From: Leptospira sp.
GTDB lineage: Bacteria > Spirochaetota > Leptospiria > Leptospirales > Leptospiraceae
DNA: 25,601 nucleotides
Assembly (NCBI GenBank): GCA_021413405.1
Contig: JAIOQL010000112.1
Coordinates: 1 to 25,601, forward strand
Direction of reading: 5' to 3'
The notes beneath the pieces are model-generated. The model was not told where the DNA came from, made no database searches, and saw only the letters and a program-made list of their open reading frames with translations. Positions 17,097-25,601 of the stretch are shown here, piece by piece. A program made the position numbers and the translations under genes. Position 1 is the first letter of the stretch, and each line of letters starts with the position of its first letter.

Positions 17097-18462
17097 CAAA
17101 CTGCTAATTCAAATTCTGAATGTTTTTGTAAATCTTGAAACAATAGATAACAGATCCGCAGAACAACTACAGGGTCTTCTCGAAAAGGAATCCTTAATTG
17201 TTGACAAAAACTATGCGAAGGTTGGATTTTATCTCCATATTATTTTCTATTCATGGTTGTTCATTAGTCCGGTGAGTGAAATCCCGGGGATTGCCTATTA
17301 TGTTCTCACTATCTCTATTTTTACTCTAATCCTTCTCTTCGTCAGTAAATTCGAAAGAATTCTCAGCATCTATATTTATTTTCACAACTTCCTTCTGATT
17401 GCAATGATCTACCTGGTTTTTTATCAGACCTATCTGAAATCAAGAGGCGATATAAATTTCATCCTTCTATTTTATTCGTTCCTTTCACTGTTGATTATTT
17501 TTCAATCGCTCCGTCTCCGCGAATATGCGTGCATCATAGTTGGATTATTCCTTAGCTTTTCATACCTGATCGTTATTTATATTTACATAGTTATTGATAA
17601 AGTTCAGATAAATTCTTCAATTATCTTCATTCCCGAACTCATCTATATTCTCTCAATTTTTATAGGAACCCTGATAATAAATTCTACGAGACGTGTAGTA
17701 AAAAGTTCAATTCAACTTGTTTATGAAAGAACGCTGTTAGAAAATGATCTTGTTCTTGCAGGGAAAGTTCAGGATAGCCTCTTTCCTGATTACAAGGACA
17801 TTAAAGGAATAAAATTTGAAATATTCCGCAAGACACATGGAAGTGTTGGTGGAGATTTCTTTGACTTTGTGCAGCTTCGGGAGGGTAATATCGGAGTATT
17901 TTTGGCTGACGTTGCCGGACATGGCATTTCTGCCGCGATGATAGCGGCAATCCTCAAGGTTCTTGTTTCAACGATTCCATATAGAATGAAGCTGAATCCG
18001 GCAGTTCTCCTCGATTATCTTGATGCAAAGTTGTACAAGGATTTTGGAAGTCATCATGCATCTGCAATCTACCTTTTTTTCGATTTTATTGGGAAGCAGA
18101 TATTTCTGGGAAATGCGGGACACCCCTACCCGATGTTTGCTTACAAAGATGAAGTTTTTCAGGAGGTATATACCACCGGTTCCATTCTGGGATATAAAAT
18201 AAAAACACCAGTCGTTGATATAAAAACAATCCCCCTTACTTCGGGAAGCCGTCTGTTTCTCTATACTGATGGATTGATTGAAACTCCAAATGCAAAAGGA
18301 GAAATGCTGGAAGAGGAAGGACTTTTAGAAATACTAAACAGGAACCGGTCTGAACTAAATATCAAATCCTTTAAAGAAAGTATAGTTTCAGATTTTAAGA
18401 AATACTTTGCAAATGTAGAATTTTCAGACGATACGATGTTCCTGATTATCGAAATTGATTAG
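17080..18462 (+). CDS. Membrane-bound PP2C/SpoIIE (RsbU-like) serine phosphatase
   Basis: About 5-6 TM helices followed by VGGDFFD, ADVAGHG, NAGHP, LYTDG and SDDT motifs. Confidence 0.92.
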   Translation: MNHKISKLLIQILNVFVNLETIDNRSAEQLQGLLEKESLIVDKNYAKVGFYLHIIFYSWLFISPVSEIPGIAYYVLTISIFTLILLFVSKFERILSIYIYFHNFLLIAMIYLVFYQTYLKSRGDINFILLFYSFLSLLIIFQSLRLREYACIIVGLFLSFSYLIVIYIYIVIDKVQINSSIIFIPELIYILSIFIGTLIINSTRRVVKSSIQLVYERTLLENDLVLAGKVQDSLFPDYKDIKGIKFEIFRKTHGSVGGDFFDFVQLREGNIGVFLADVAGHGISAAMIAAILKVLVSTIPYRMKLNPAVLLDYLDAKLYKDFGSHHASAIYLFFDFIGKQIFLGNAGHPYPMFAYKDEVFQEVYTTGSILGYKIKTPVVDIKTIPLTSGSRLFLYTDGLIETPNAKGEMLEEEGLLEILNRNRSELNIKSFKESIVSDFKKYFANVEFSDDTMFLIIEID

Positions 18463-18553
18463 GGACAATGCAATTTCATTTAATCATAATGGCACCATGA
18501 ATTTGTATTGTCATCAGACAGGCTTAGCAAAACTCTCTCTTAAAAATAAATGA

Positions 18554-19336
18554 ATGGAACAAAACATGGAATTTAAATTTCTGAAATTTGAAATTCGGGA
18601 TGGAGTTGATATTATTGAAATATTCAGACCCGATGCATTGAATGCTCTCAATGAAGAATTGCTCATAGAACTCGAAAAGGGAATAATTGAGCTGGAAAAA
18701 AAAGAGGAGAGTCGCGTATTCATTCTGACTGGGTCCGGAAAGGCCTTTGTGGCCGGTGCAGATATTTCTAAAATGAAAAATTTTGATGAGCGCGGGGGTG
18801 CAGAATTCTCTGGAACAGGTCAAAGAGTTTTTAATAGAATTCAGAACTCTAATCTGGTTTCTATTGCTGCGATAAATGGATTTGCTCTTGGTGGGGGAAT
18901 GGAATTGGCCCTGGCCTGCGACATTCGGATTGCCAGCAATGCAGCCAGGATGGGTTTGCCAGAAGTTTCATTGGGGCTCATCCCTGGTTTCGGCGGGACG
19001 CAAAGATTATCCCGTTTAGTCGGAATTGGCAAAGCAAATGAATTAATCATGACTGGCGATATGCTCAGTGCTGAGGAGGCATATCGGATTGGAGCTGTGA
19101 ATAGAATTGCGTCGCCTGAAGAATTAATTTCAACCTCAATCGCGATGGCAAAGACAATTCTGACCAGGGGACCAAGGGCAGTTCGCGTTGCAAAGCGTGT
19201 AATTAGGGAAGGCCTGGATCTTGCATTTGAAAAAGGACTCGAATTGGAGAAAAAGGAATTTGGGGGATCATTCGGTCAGGCTGAATCGGGGGAGGGTCTC
19301 GCAGCTTTTCTGGAAAAGAGAAAACCAAATTTCTGA
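18554..19336 (+). CDS. Enoyl-CoA hydratase (crotonase family)
   Basis: RPDALNAL, AFVAGADI, ALGGGMELA and GLPEVSLGLIPGFGGTQRL; both catalytic Glu residues are present. The start may be 18566. Confidence 0.95.
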   Translation: MEQNMEFKFLKFEIRDGVDIIEIFRPDALNALNEELLIELEKGIIELEKKEESRVFILTGSGKAFVAGADISKMKNFDERGGAEFSGTGQRVFNRIQNSNLVSIAAINGFALGGGMELALACDIRIASNAARMGLPEVSLGLIPGFGGTQRLSRLVGIGKANELIMTGDMLSAEEAYRIGAVNRIASPEELISTSIAMAKTILTRGPRAVRVAKRVIREGLDLAFEKGLELEKKEFGGSFGQAESGEGLAAFLEKRKPNF

Positions 19337-19786
19337 ATGAAGTTCTGTCATTTTGTCCTAATCGGATTCTTTCTTTCCGCTAACGTCTCTTTTGCCCAGC
19401 TTAATTCAAATAATGAATTAATGACGATTGCTGTGGATGGTCATCCATTGCTGGTAGAAATTGCAGATACAGCGTCCCGCAGACAGACCGGCCTGATGTT
19501 CCGGAAAAAGTTAAGGGAAAATGAAGGGATGCTCTTTATTTTCCCGCGTGCAGATTATTTGTCATTCTGGATGAAGAATACATTGATCCCCCTTTCCATT
19601 GCATACTTCAATGAAGACAGACGATTAACTGAGATATATGACATGGTGCCTCAACAAACGAAACAAGTATATAATTCAAAGGAAAAAGTTATTTATGCTC
19701 TGGAAGTGAATCAGGGTTGGTTCAAAAGAAATGATATCAGCAAATTCAGTGTATTAGAAATTCCAAAGGTTCTTGTCGGAAGATAA
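19337..19786 (+). CDS. DUF192 family exported protein
   Basis: Signal peptide, then VEIADT..RQTGLMFR, GMLFIF, FWMKNTLIPLSIAY and ALEVNQGW. Confidence 0.92.
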   Translation: MKFCHFVLIGFFLSANVSFAQLNSNNELMTIAVDGHPLLVEIADTASRRQTGLMFRKKLRENEGMLFIFPRADYLSFWMKNTLIPLSIAYFNEDRRLTEIYDMVPQQTKQVYNSKEKVIYALEVNQGWFKRNDISKFSVLEIPKVLVGR

Positions 19787-19794
19787 GAGTAATT

Positions 19795-20568
19795 TTATTT
19801 GCCTATAATTTCGTCTAACTTTCTTTTTTCTCTTTGCATTGTTTCGAAGATATGGTCTCGGAAACTCTCCCATTTATCGAAATTCATTGGATCGGTTATT
19901 CCAATTGCCTGATAACCAATCGTATTGTTTTTCTGTTGGGATTGCAGCTTTGTTATTCCTGATTTTACAGCGAGGAAAACAGGTATTTTTTTATCGAATG
20001 CAATCTTAATCATTCCCTTCTTTAGAGGCTGAATTTCTTCAGAATAACTATTGTGTCCTTCCGGATAGACAATGAAACTTGTTGTCTCGAGACCCTCTAC
20101 GAGACTCTTGACGGAGACTGCAATGGTTACTGTTTTCGAGTTATCGAATACCTGCGATCCCATTGCCTTCATCCACCAGTATGCAAAGTAGCTGTTTTTG
20201 ATATGCTGGTTTGCAAGAAATGGCTTGGCGATTATCAGACAGTCAAAAGGGAAATCCAGCTCATTGACGTGATTCAGGAATATCATATGACCTTTTTCCG
20301 GGACCTCGAATCTATTGGTAACGATCAGATTTGTTGAGGTCATTTTTTTGATTGCTTCACCCCAGAGCTGAGAACCCTGTAGAAATTCTTTAATGCTGTG
20401 TTCCCTTTTACCGCGAAGTGAATGAAAAATGCCTACAAACAGATGCTTCTGGGCTTTGGTTAAAATTACTGGAACTACTTTCAGGTAGGTTTTGGCAACA
20501 AGCAGTCTGTAATCTTCCGTCATGCCTTTAAGATTTCCGGCAAGATAGGTCATTGGATTGAATTTCAA
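19795..20568 (-). CDS. Lysophospholipid acyltransferase family protein
   Basis: NHVNELD (HX4D) and VYPEG motifs. TTG start at 20568 or ATG at 20553. Confidence 0.88.
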   Translation of the reverse strand: MKFNPMTYLAGNLKGMTEDYRLLVAKTYLKVVPVILTKAQKHLFVGIFHSLRGKREHSIKEFLQGSQLWGEAIKKMTSTNLIVTNRFEVPEKGHMIFLNHVNELDFPFDCLIIAKPFLANQHIKNSYFAYWWMKAMGSQVFDNSKTVTIAVSVKSLVEGLETTSFIVYPEGHNSYSEEIQPLKKGMIKIAFDKKIPVFLAVKSGITKLQSQQKNNTIGYQAIGITDPMNFDKWESFRDHIFETMQREKRKLDEIIGK

Positions 20569-20646
20569 TTAATTTTAGCTCCGGGAATCCACATGAAAAT
20601 AATCCTGACCGCTTTCAGGTCAAATGATAATTATTTGTAAAGATTT

Positions 20647-20666
20647 TGCACCCTATCGAGGGTGCA
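20647..20666. other. Perfect 8-bp hairpin just downstream of the 20681 stop
   Basis: TGCACCCT-ATCG-AGGGTGCA. On the transcribed (-) strand it is followed by AAATC, not a U-tract. Confidence 0.7.
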
Positions 20667-20680
20667 TTCGCCTTTAATAT

Positions 20681-21754
20681 TTACTGAGGTTTGTTCTGTG
20701 TTCCAGGGGGTTGTTTATTCTCTTCCGCTTTGTCACCGATCATTTCTTTTCTCTTTTTCGGATCCCATTTTAGTTTAATACGTGCCGCAACTTCTTCATC
20801 ATAAACCCTAGTATCGATATCCGTTGCATCTCTCCGGTATTTCTCGGGAATCCGCAAATCGAAAACAGGGCTCAACTTTTTAGGATTTGCATACGGATTA
20901 TCGCGGAATTTCATTGTCACGCCTTCCAGAACAACCGGGTTACCTTCCTTGTCCTTTCCGTCTTCGCGCGTGAGATATGTATTATCATAAGGATATTTCA
21001 GTTTGAAAATGTTAATCGCATTTGATCTCGCATCTCTTGATCTGGAGATCGAAGCAATATATTTTTCAATGCGGAATTTTCTATGAACCGGTTCCAGCTT
21101 CTGATGCTTTTCCAGATTTTTTTCAACTTTCAACGCATCGATCCTTGCATCTTTCGCCTGCCCCAGGAATTTGTAGCCGAGTGCCATATTCTGTTCGATT
21201 GCATATTTATTTAACACATAATGGTATTCGCGCGGATTATACATTCTTTGCGTGAAAGGGGATTCTCTGTCGGTATTCTGATCTTCACGGATTTTCGAAG
21301 AGTTACTGAACTCGACGCTGATATCGACCAGATTTTTATCTTCGGGATTATTCTCATTCTTTCTTTCGATCGCTGATTTCAGAATTTCCTCTGTCGTCTC
21401 AACATAATATTGTGAAAGTTCTTCAAGGATTTGCTCCATTCCGAGCTGTGCTTCGAGAAAACGGCGATAGGCATTCACGAAACTTTCTTCGTAATAATAT
21501 ATCAGACCTTCCTGATAAAGTTTTTTGACTTCGTTATATTTTTTTACCCGTTCGCCTTCAAATCCGGGTTTAGGATTATATTCCGCCGGCTTTCCATCTT
21601 TATCGTTTCCCCGGTAGTTTTTCACAATTGGTTCAATTGCCCGGAGATAAACAAGAAGCTCTACACGCTTAGAATAAGCCTTATTGGAAACTGCTTCTCC
21701 GTAGATTTGCGAGATCCCTGCCAGCAGGGTAAATAAAATGACTGTATTTTTCAT
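20681..21754 (-). CDS. Exported helical conserved hypothetical protein (LIC11274-like, from memory and synteny)
   Basis: Start moved to the ATG at 21754 (AGGAAG SD; signal MKNTVILFTLLAGISQIYG). The family name is recalled and not verified. Confidence 0.7.
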   Translation of the reverse strand: MKNTVILFTLLAGISQIYGEAVSNKAYSKRVELLVYLRAIEPIVKNYRGNDKDGKPAEYNPKPGFEGERVKKYNEVKKLYQEGLIYYYEESFVNAYRRFLEAQLGMEQILEELSQYYVETTEEILKSAIERKNENNPEDKNLVDISVEFSNSSKIREDQNTDRESPFTQRMYNPREYHYVLNKYAIEQNMALGYKFLGQAKDARIDALKVEKNLEKHQKLEPVHRKFRIEKYIASISRSRDARSNAINIFKLKYPYDNTYLTREDGKDKEGNPVVLEGVTMKFRDNPYANPKKLSPVFDLRIPEKYRRDATDIDTRVYDEEVAARIKLKWDPKKRKEMIGDKAEENKQPPGTQNKPQ

Positions 21755-21853
21755 TGCTCTTCCTATGTTTCCCAACATTCCAAAATTATTCAATTCAAAA
21801 CAATATTAATATGGAACACTCCAGAATGAATATCGGAAGATAAACAGAAGAGG

Positions 21854-21882
21854 TTGACAGATATTCGCATATTCTTTCAACT
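21854..21882 (+). promoter_or_regulatory. Possible sigma70 promoter for the DUF2225-truA operon
   Basis: Perfect TTGACA at 21854-21859, but only a weak -10 (TCAACT) at 17 nt spacing. Confidence 0.35.
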
Positions 21883-21933
21883 ATCGTAAGCGTTCTCAAA
21901 AAAAAGCAGGGGTTCTCAGCAGGGATTTAATCA

Positions 21934-22812
21934 ATGTTAGCAAGCAGCCAACAGTCCAAAAAAGCGTCCTTTCGGGCAAAAGAAAATAGTGTTTGCCCTG
22001 TTTGCGATGAAATTCACCAGAAAGAAAACATGTTTCAGGGGGGTGGCAGACTAATTGCCGGTAAACTCACCCAGGATTTGAGAAGACTTTACGAAAAAAA
22101 TAAAAAATTCGGTCGCATTAATCCAAATGATTATGTCATCAGCGTTTGTCCAAAATGTCTATATGCTACCCTTCAAAAGGACTGGAGTTCGATCAGCGCT
22201 CCCGAAATAGCAAAACTAAAGAATAGTGCTCCTCAAAGACGTGAGTTTCTGGAAAAAATTCTGGGCCCACTGGATTTTAAAGAAGACCGCAACATTGTAC
22301 TTGGGGCTGGATCCTATCTTCTTGCTGTAGACTGCTACCAGAACAGGGCACCTACTTGTGCTCCGACACCCAAGAAGGCTGTATGCGCCATTCGTGCTGC
22401 ATGGTATTTCGATGATTTGAATACCGAATACCCTGGAATGAGTTTTGATAAAGTAAGGGATATTTTATATCAGAGGGCAGCGACCTGGTATGGAATCACT
22501 CTCGAAATCATGCAATCCGGATCAGAGCCAATAGACTCCGCTGCCGGTATGCTCGGACCTGATACGGATAACAATTGGGGCTTCGACGGTGTTGTATATC
22601 TGAATGCATATCTAACGATGAAATTTAAGGATCAGATGGGAGACACTCCTGAGAAAAAATTGGATCTGCTCGTTCGTGCCAAAAGGATGTTGGCCCGATT
22701 GTACGGATCCGGTAAATCTTCAAAATCAAAACCCTCCGTGATCATAGATATGTCGAAGGAACTTTATGAAGAGTATGGAAAGGTTATCGAAGAAATGGGA
22801 GGAGAAAAATAA
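21934..22812 (+). CDS. DUF2225 family protein (zinc ribbon plus helical repeats)
   Basis: CPVC...CPKC, RAAWYF, and a helical TPR-like C-terminal region. Confidence 0.8.
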   Translation: MLASSQQSKKASFRAKENSVCPVCDEIHQKENMFQGGGRLIAGKLTQDLRRLYEKNKKFGRINPNDYVISVCPKCLYATLQKDWSSISAPEIAKLKNSAPQRREFLEKILGPLDFKEDRNIVLGAGSYLLAVDCYQNRAPTCAPTPKKAVCAIRAAWYFDDLNTEYPGMSFDKVRDILYQRAATWYGITLEIMQSGSEPIDSAAGMLGPDTDNNWGFDGVVYLNAYLTMKFKDQMGDTPEKKLDLLVRAKRMLARLYGSGKSSKSKPSVIIDMSKELYEEYGKVIEEMGGEK

Positions 22813-22815
22813 TCT

Positions 22816-23622
22816 TTGCCGGGTAATGCACTTTTACTCGAGTATGACGGATCATTCTTTCACGGTTTTCAAAGGCAAAAATCCTTAAATTCAGTTCAGG
22901 GTAGTCTCGAAAAAGCAATTCAGACAATTTTACAGGAAAAGATAATTATTCATCCGGCAGGTCGTACAGACACTGGAGTTCATGCAAGAGGAATGATTGT
23001 AGGGTTTCATACAGAAAAAAAAATTGAAAACTATCACCGATTTATAATGGGCATCAATTCTATGACTGGTGGAAAAGTGGCTGTTATCGCAGCCCGGGAA
23101 ATGAATGAAAAATTTCATGCCCGGTTTTCCTGTTCAGGTCGCGAATACGAGTATCATATTTTGAACTCAGTTTACCCGCATCCTTTACTTGAAAAAAGGG
23201 TCTATTGGGTGAAAAAACCGGTCAGTCTCGACATAATTCGAAATGAATTGAATTTTTTGAAAGGTAAAATGGATTTTTCCAGTTTTTCAAAAAAGACTGC
23301 TTTGCTAAATAAATCTCCTCAAAGACAAATAACGGACGTCGAAATAATTGAGTCTCCGGAGCTGGCGGGATTAATAAAAATTAGAGTAAAGGGAACAGGT
23401 TTCCTTCATAATATGGTTCGCATTATTGTAGGAACTTTAATAGACATAGGAAGGGGTAAAATCAAAGATAGAAATATTTTGAATATATTGAATGAAAAGG
23501 ACAGAAGAAAGGCAGGAGTTACACTACCGCCTTATGGATTGTACTTTATCCGGGCTTATTATGAGAATTTTCCTGAAATAGCAGAACTTTACAAAAGTTC
23601 TGCCAATCTGGTTAAATCGTAG
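22816..23622 (+). CDS. truA: tRNA pseudouridine(38-40) synthase
   Basis: LEYDGS.FHGFQRQ, AGRTDTGVHA (catalytic Asp), FHARFS, GFLHNMVRIIVG and PPYGLYF. Confidence 0.97.
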   Translation: MPGNALLLEYDGSFFHGFQRQKSLNSVQGSLEKAIQTILQEKIIIHPAGRTDTGVHARGMIVGFHTEKKIENYHRFIMGINSMTGGKVAVIAAREMNEKFHARFSCSGREYEYHILNSVYPHPLLEKRVYWVKKPVSLDIIRNELNFLKGKMDFSSFSKKTALLNKSPQRQITDVEIIESPELAGLIKIRVKGTGFLHNMVRIIVGTLIDIGRGKIKDRNILNILNEKDRRKAGVTLPPYGLYFIRAYYENFPEIAELYKSSANLVKS

Positions 23623-23630
23623 GATGCATC

Positions 23631-24254
23631 ATTAAAAGAATTCTTGGGACATTAATCGTTTCTATCCTCCTCTGCTTCCCCGCATTGATTTTTGCGGAAA
23701 ATGAAGTGAATAAACCGGAGTTGGGATTTTGGGTCGGAGCTTCAAATCCATTTCCTGGAAGTCAGACTGCTTCAGTTGTAAATACAACGCTCGGATTTGG
23801 AATGTTTATGAGATTTAATTGGCCATTCAATATTTTTTTGACTGAATTGGGCGGAAGCTATTCAAACTATTTATCTTCATCGGAGAGAGGATTAACTGTA
23901 ATGCCCCTCTATGCTGCTTTGGCGTATAAACTTCCGTTTGATTTGCCTGTTTCATTTTTTATAAAAGCAGGAGGTGGTGCCGCATATGTGATTGCTCGTC
24001 CTGCAAACGTTCAGGGATGGGATCCTTTAGGCTATGCAGGCGTAGAAATTAGCTTTGTCGCTGGCAGAAAAGTCAGGATTGGTCTCCGATTGGACTATAA
24101 TCAAATATTTGAAACTCAAAAATCAAAACCCCCTGAAACCCAATATCTCTATTCTTCTCCCAATTCTGATTCGAGGATTTCAAACCCGAATTACTATAAT
24201 CTTGTTAACGGCCAGTTTTTTCATTTTGGTCTAATGGTTAGTTTATTCTTATGA
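23631..24254 (+). CDS. Outer-membrane beta-barrel-like protein; start uncertain (ATT at 23631, or frameshifted ATG at 23624)
   Basis: Alternating beta-strand patterns with a terminal ...FGLMVSLFL. The in-frame region upstream of the called TTG (23685) encodes a complete Sec signal peptide. Confidence 0.7.
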   Translation: MKRILGTLIVSILLCFPALIFAENEVNKPELGFWVGASNPFPGSQTASVVNTTLGFGMFMRFNWPFNIFLTELGGSYSNYLSSSERGLTVMPLYAALAYKLPFDLPVSFFIKAGGGAAYVIARPANVQGWDPLGYAGVEISFVAGRKVRIGLRLDYNQIFETQKSKPPETQYLYSSPNSDSRISNPNYYNLVNGQFFHFGLMVSLFL

Positions 24255-25594
24255 AACCAGTTATTTCGGCTAATTCGCTTTCAATCGTCGGCATGATAAT
24301 CCTGCTGAATTCACTTACAATCCAATGTAAAGGAGATCCTAAGAAAGCATATTCCCGAAACCATAACTCAGCTATTCTGATCAGCACACTATTTAATCAC
24401 AGGATGCTGCTGTTATTGAAAGGAACATACGCAACTGACGAACCTCTTGCATTTGATGAATATTCAAATGGCTCAGGACAATTATATCAGGATGACAGTG
24501 GTTCAGGGACAAATGATCCCGCGTTTGACCTTACAAATCTTCCGGCCGCAAAGGATTTGCCGATTTTTATCGATATCGGTGAAATCAGAATTTCGACTCA
24601 ATATCAAAAAGGCATCGCAAGTCTCACCCAGATCAAAGACGCAAAAGATTCAAAAAGATTTTGGGATTTTATTGCGCCGGAAAGGCAGGTCTATTGCACG
24701 TTGCCACCATATTCCGCTGGGGATAGCACTTGCCGGAAAACAGGATTATCCAAGATGGATGATTTTCTTAGCGGCAAAGGAGCTGTGTATCCATCAAATG
24801 GTCCGACGTCTGAGACTTACGGAGATTCCGCTCAGCAAAATGATGCGACCAGGAATGGAGTTACAAATGGAACTCAATACTATTATACCGGGGTGTATCT
24901 CCGTTCAATACTCACTGGATTTGGACGGGAAAATGGTGGAACTATAATTAATACTTTTTTCGATAACACACAGATTTTTGGAGGCGGAGTAAATATAGTG
25001 CCGCGTAACAATTTTAATCCAGGAACTGATGATGCTACCAAGACAACTGCGGTTCCACAGTTGTTTCCACTTTTTTATTCTGTTCAGGCGGGGCAATCCG
25101 ATATGACGATCAGACCAGGATCCGATCCATATATATTAGAGATCCGGACAAATTTCAAAGAAAATCTAATGGTTCACTCTTATGTAACTCCATTGGGATA
25201 TGTTGATACACTTGTAGGGTTTAGCGATTGGAATAAAACGCATAACGGTGAACCGGATATGGGAGGAAATCTTCTTACCAGGTCAAGGATCATTTATCCT
25301 GAATTTGCTTCGAGCCTGGAAATCAGTGGAGGAACAAAATCCATTCCACATTACTATGCGGTTTATAGAAAAGATGAACAGGATTTTTTTGGCCAGCTTC
25401 CTCTCGTATCCTCACCGGTAAAACAGGGTGTTACTAAAATTAAATATATTCACGAAGGACAATACAGGCTTCAGTGCAGAGGGGATATAACCCGGGTGGA
25501 TGGAAATCCGGAAACTATAGTCAGGGAAACCTTTTTCACCATCAGCCCCGAACAGAGAAAACAGACAACTCAGGTTTCTCTTACCTGCCCTTAA
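24251..25594 (+). CDS. Putative surface lipoprotein (LIC11270-like, from memory and synteny)
   Basis: 447 aa. Hydrophobic leader ending LTIQ-C, beta-rich body, ATGA overlap with the upstream gene. The family name is recalled and not verified. Confidence 0.7.
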   Translation: MKPVISANSLSIVGMIILLNSLTIQCKGDPKKAYSRNHNSAILISTLFNHRMLLLLKGTYATDEPLAFDEYSNGSGQLYQDDSGSGTNDPAFDLTNLPAAKDLPIFIDIGEIRISTQYQKGIASLTQIKDAKDSKRFWDFIAPERQVYCTLPPYSAGDSTCRKTGLSKMDDFLSGKGAVYPSNGPTSETYGDSAQQNDATRNGVTNGTQYYYTGVYLRSILTGFGRENGGTIINTFFDNTQIFGGGVNIVPRNNFNPGTDDATKTTAVPQLFPLFYSVQAGQSDMTIRPGSDPYILEIRTNFKENLMVHSYVTPLGYVDTLVGFSDWNKTHNGEPDMGGNLLTRSRIIYPEFASSLEISGGTKSIPHYYAVYRKDEQDFFGQLPLVSSPVKQGVTKIKYIHEGQYRLQCRGDITRVDGNPETIVRETFFTISPEQRKQTTQVSLTCP

Positions 25595-25601
25595 TCACGA
25601 T

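Noticed and set aside
24447-24947. 166-aa alternative-frame ORF inside the surface protein gene
   Set aside because: It has no motif or SD and is most simply an off-frame by-product.
1-25601. tRNA/rRNA genes, CRISPR arrays, IS elements, prophage or defence genes
   Set aside because: I saw no cloverleaf, regularly spaced repeats, transposase/integrase motifs or nuclease/defence domains by eye.

Overview
Leptospiraceae-like (spirochaete) chromosomal window, inferred from gene content and order. It has about 25 genes and no rRNA, tRNA, CRISPR array or transposase. Left to right: a partial ferredoxin/metallo-beta-lactamase-fold gene; an Hpt-REC-REC-GGDEF diguanylate cyclase; two uncharacterised lipoproteins, one an FGE-sulfatase-domain fusion; an SPL-like radical SAM plus nucleosidase-like pair; a secreted family I lipase with a probable foldase; a DAG-kinase-family gene; ligA; an M23 peptidase; a TrmJ-like methyltransferase; a SanA-like gene; two acyltransferases; a membrane PP2C phosphatase; enoyl-CoA hydratase; DUF192; and a DUF2225-truA-beta-barrel-surface protein operon. 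The most notable signals are: (i) two genes 1.35 kb apart are each broken by a frameshift that coincides with a missing conserved segment (real decay or assembly artefact); (ii) two adjacent exported proteins with SAM-methyltransferase-like motifs, one fused to an FGE domain; (iii) a beta-barrel gene whose signal peptide has no canonical in-frame start; (iv) a structured ligA leader that covers its own ribosome-binding site. Family names were assigned by motif recognition, not database search. No clearly novel system is demonstrated; 2610-5595 and 5700-7502 are the best candidates.
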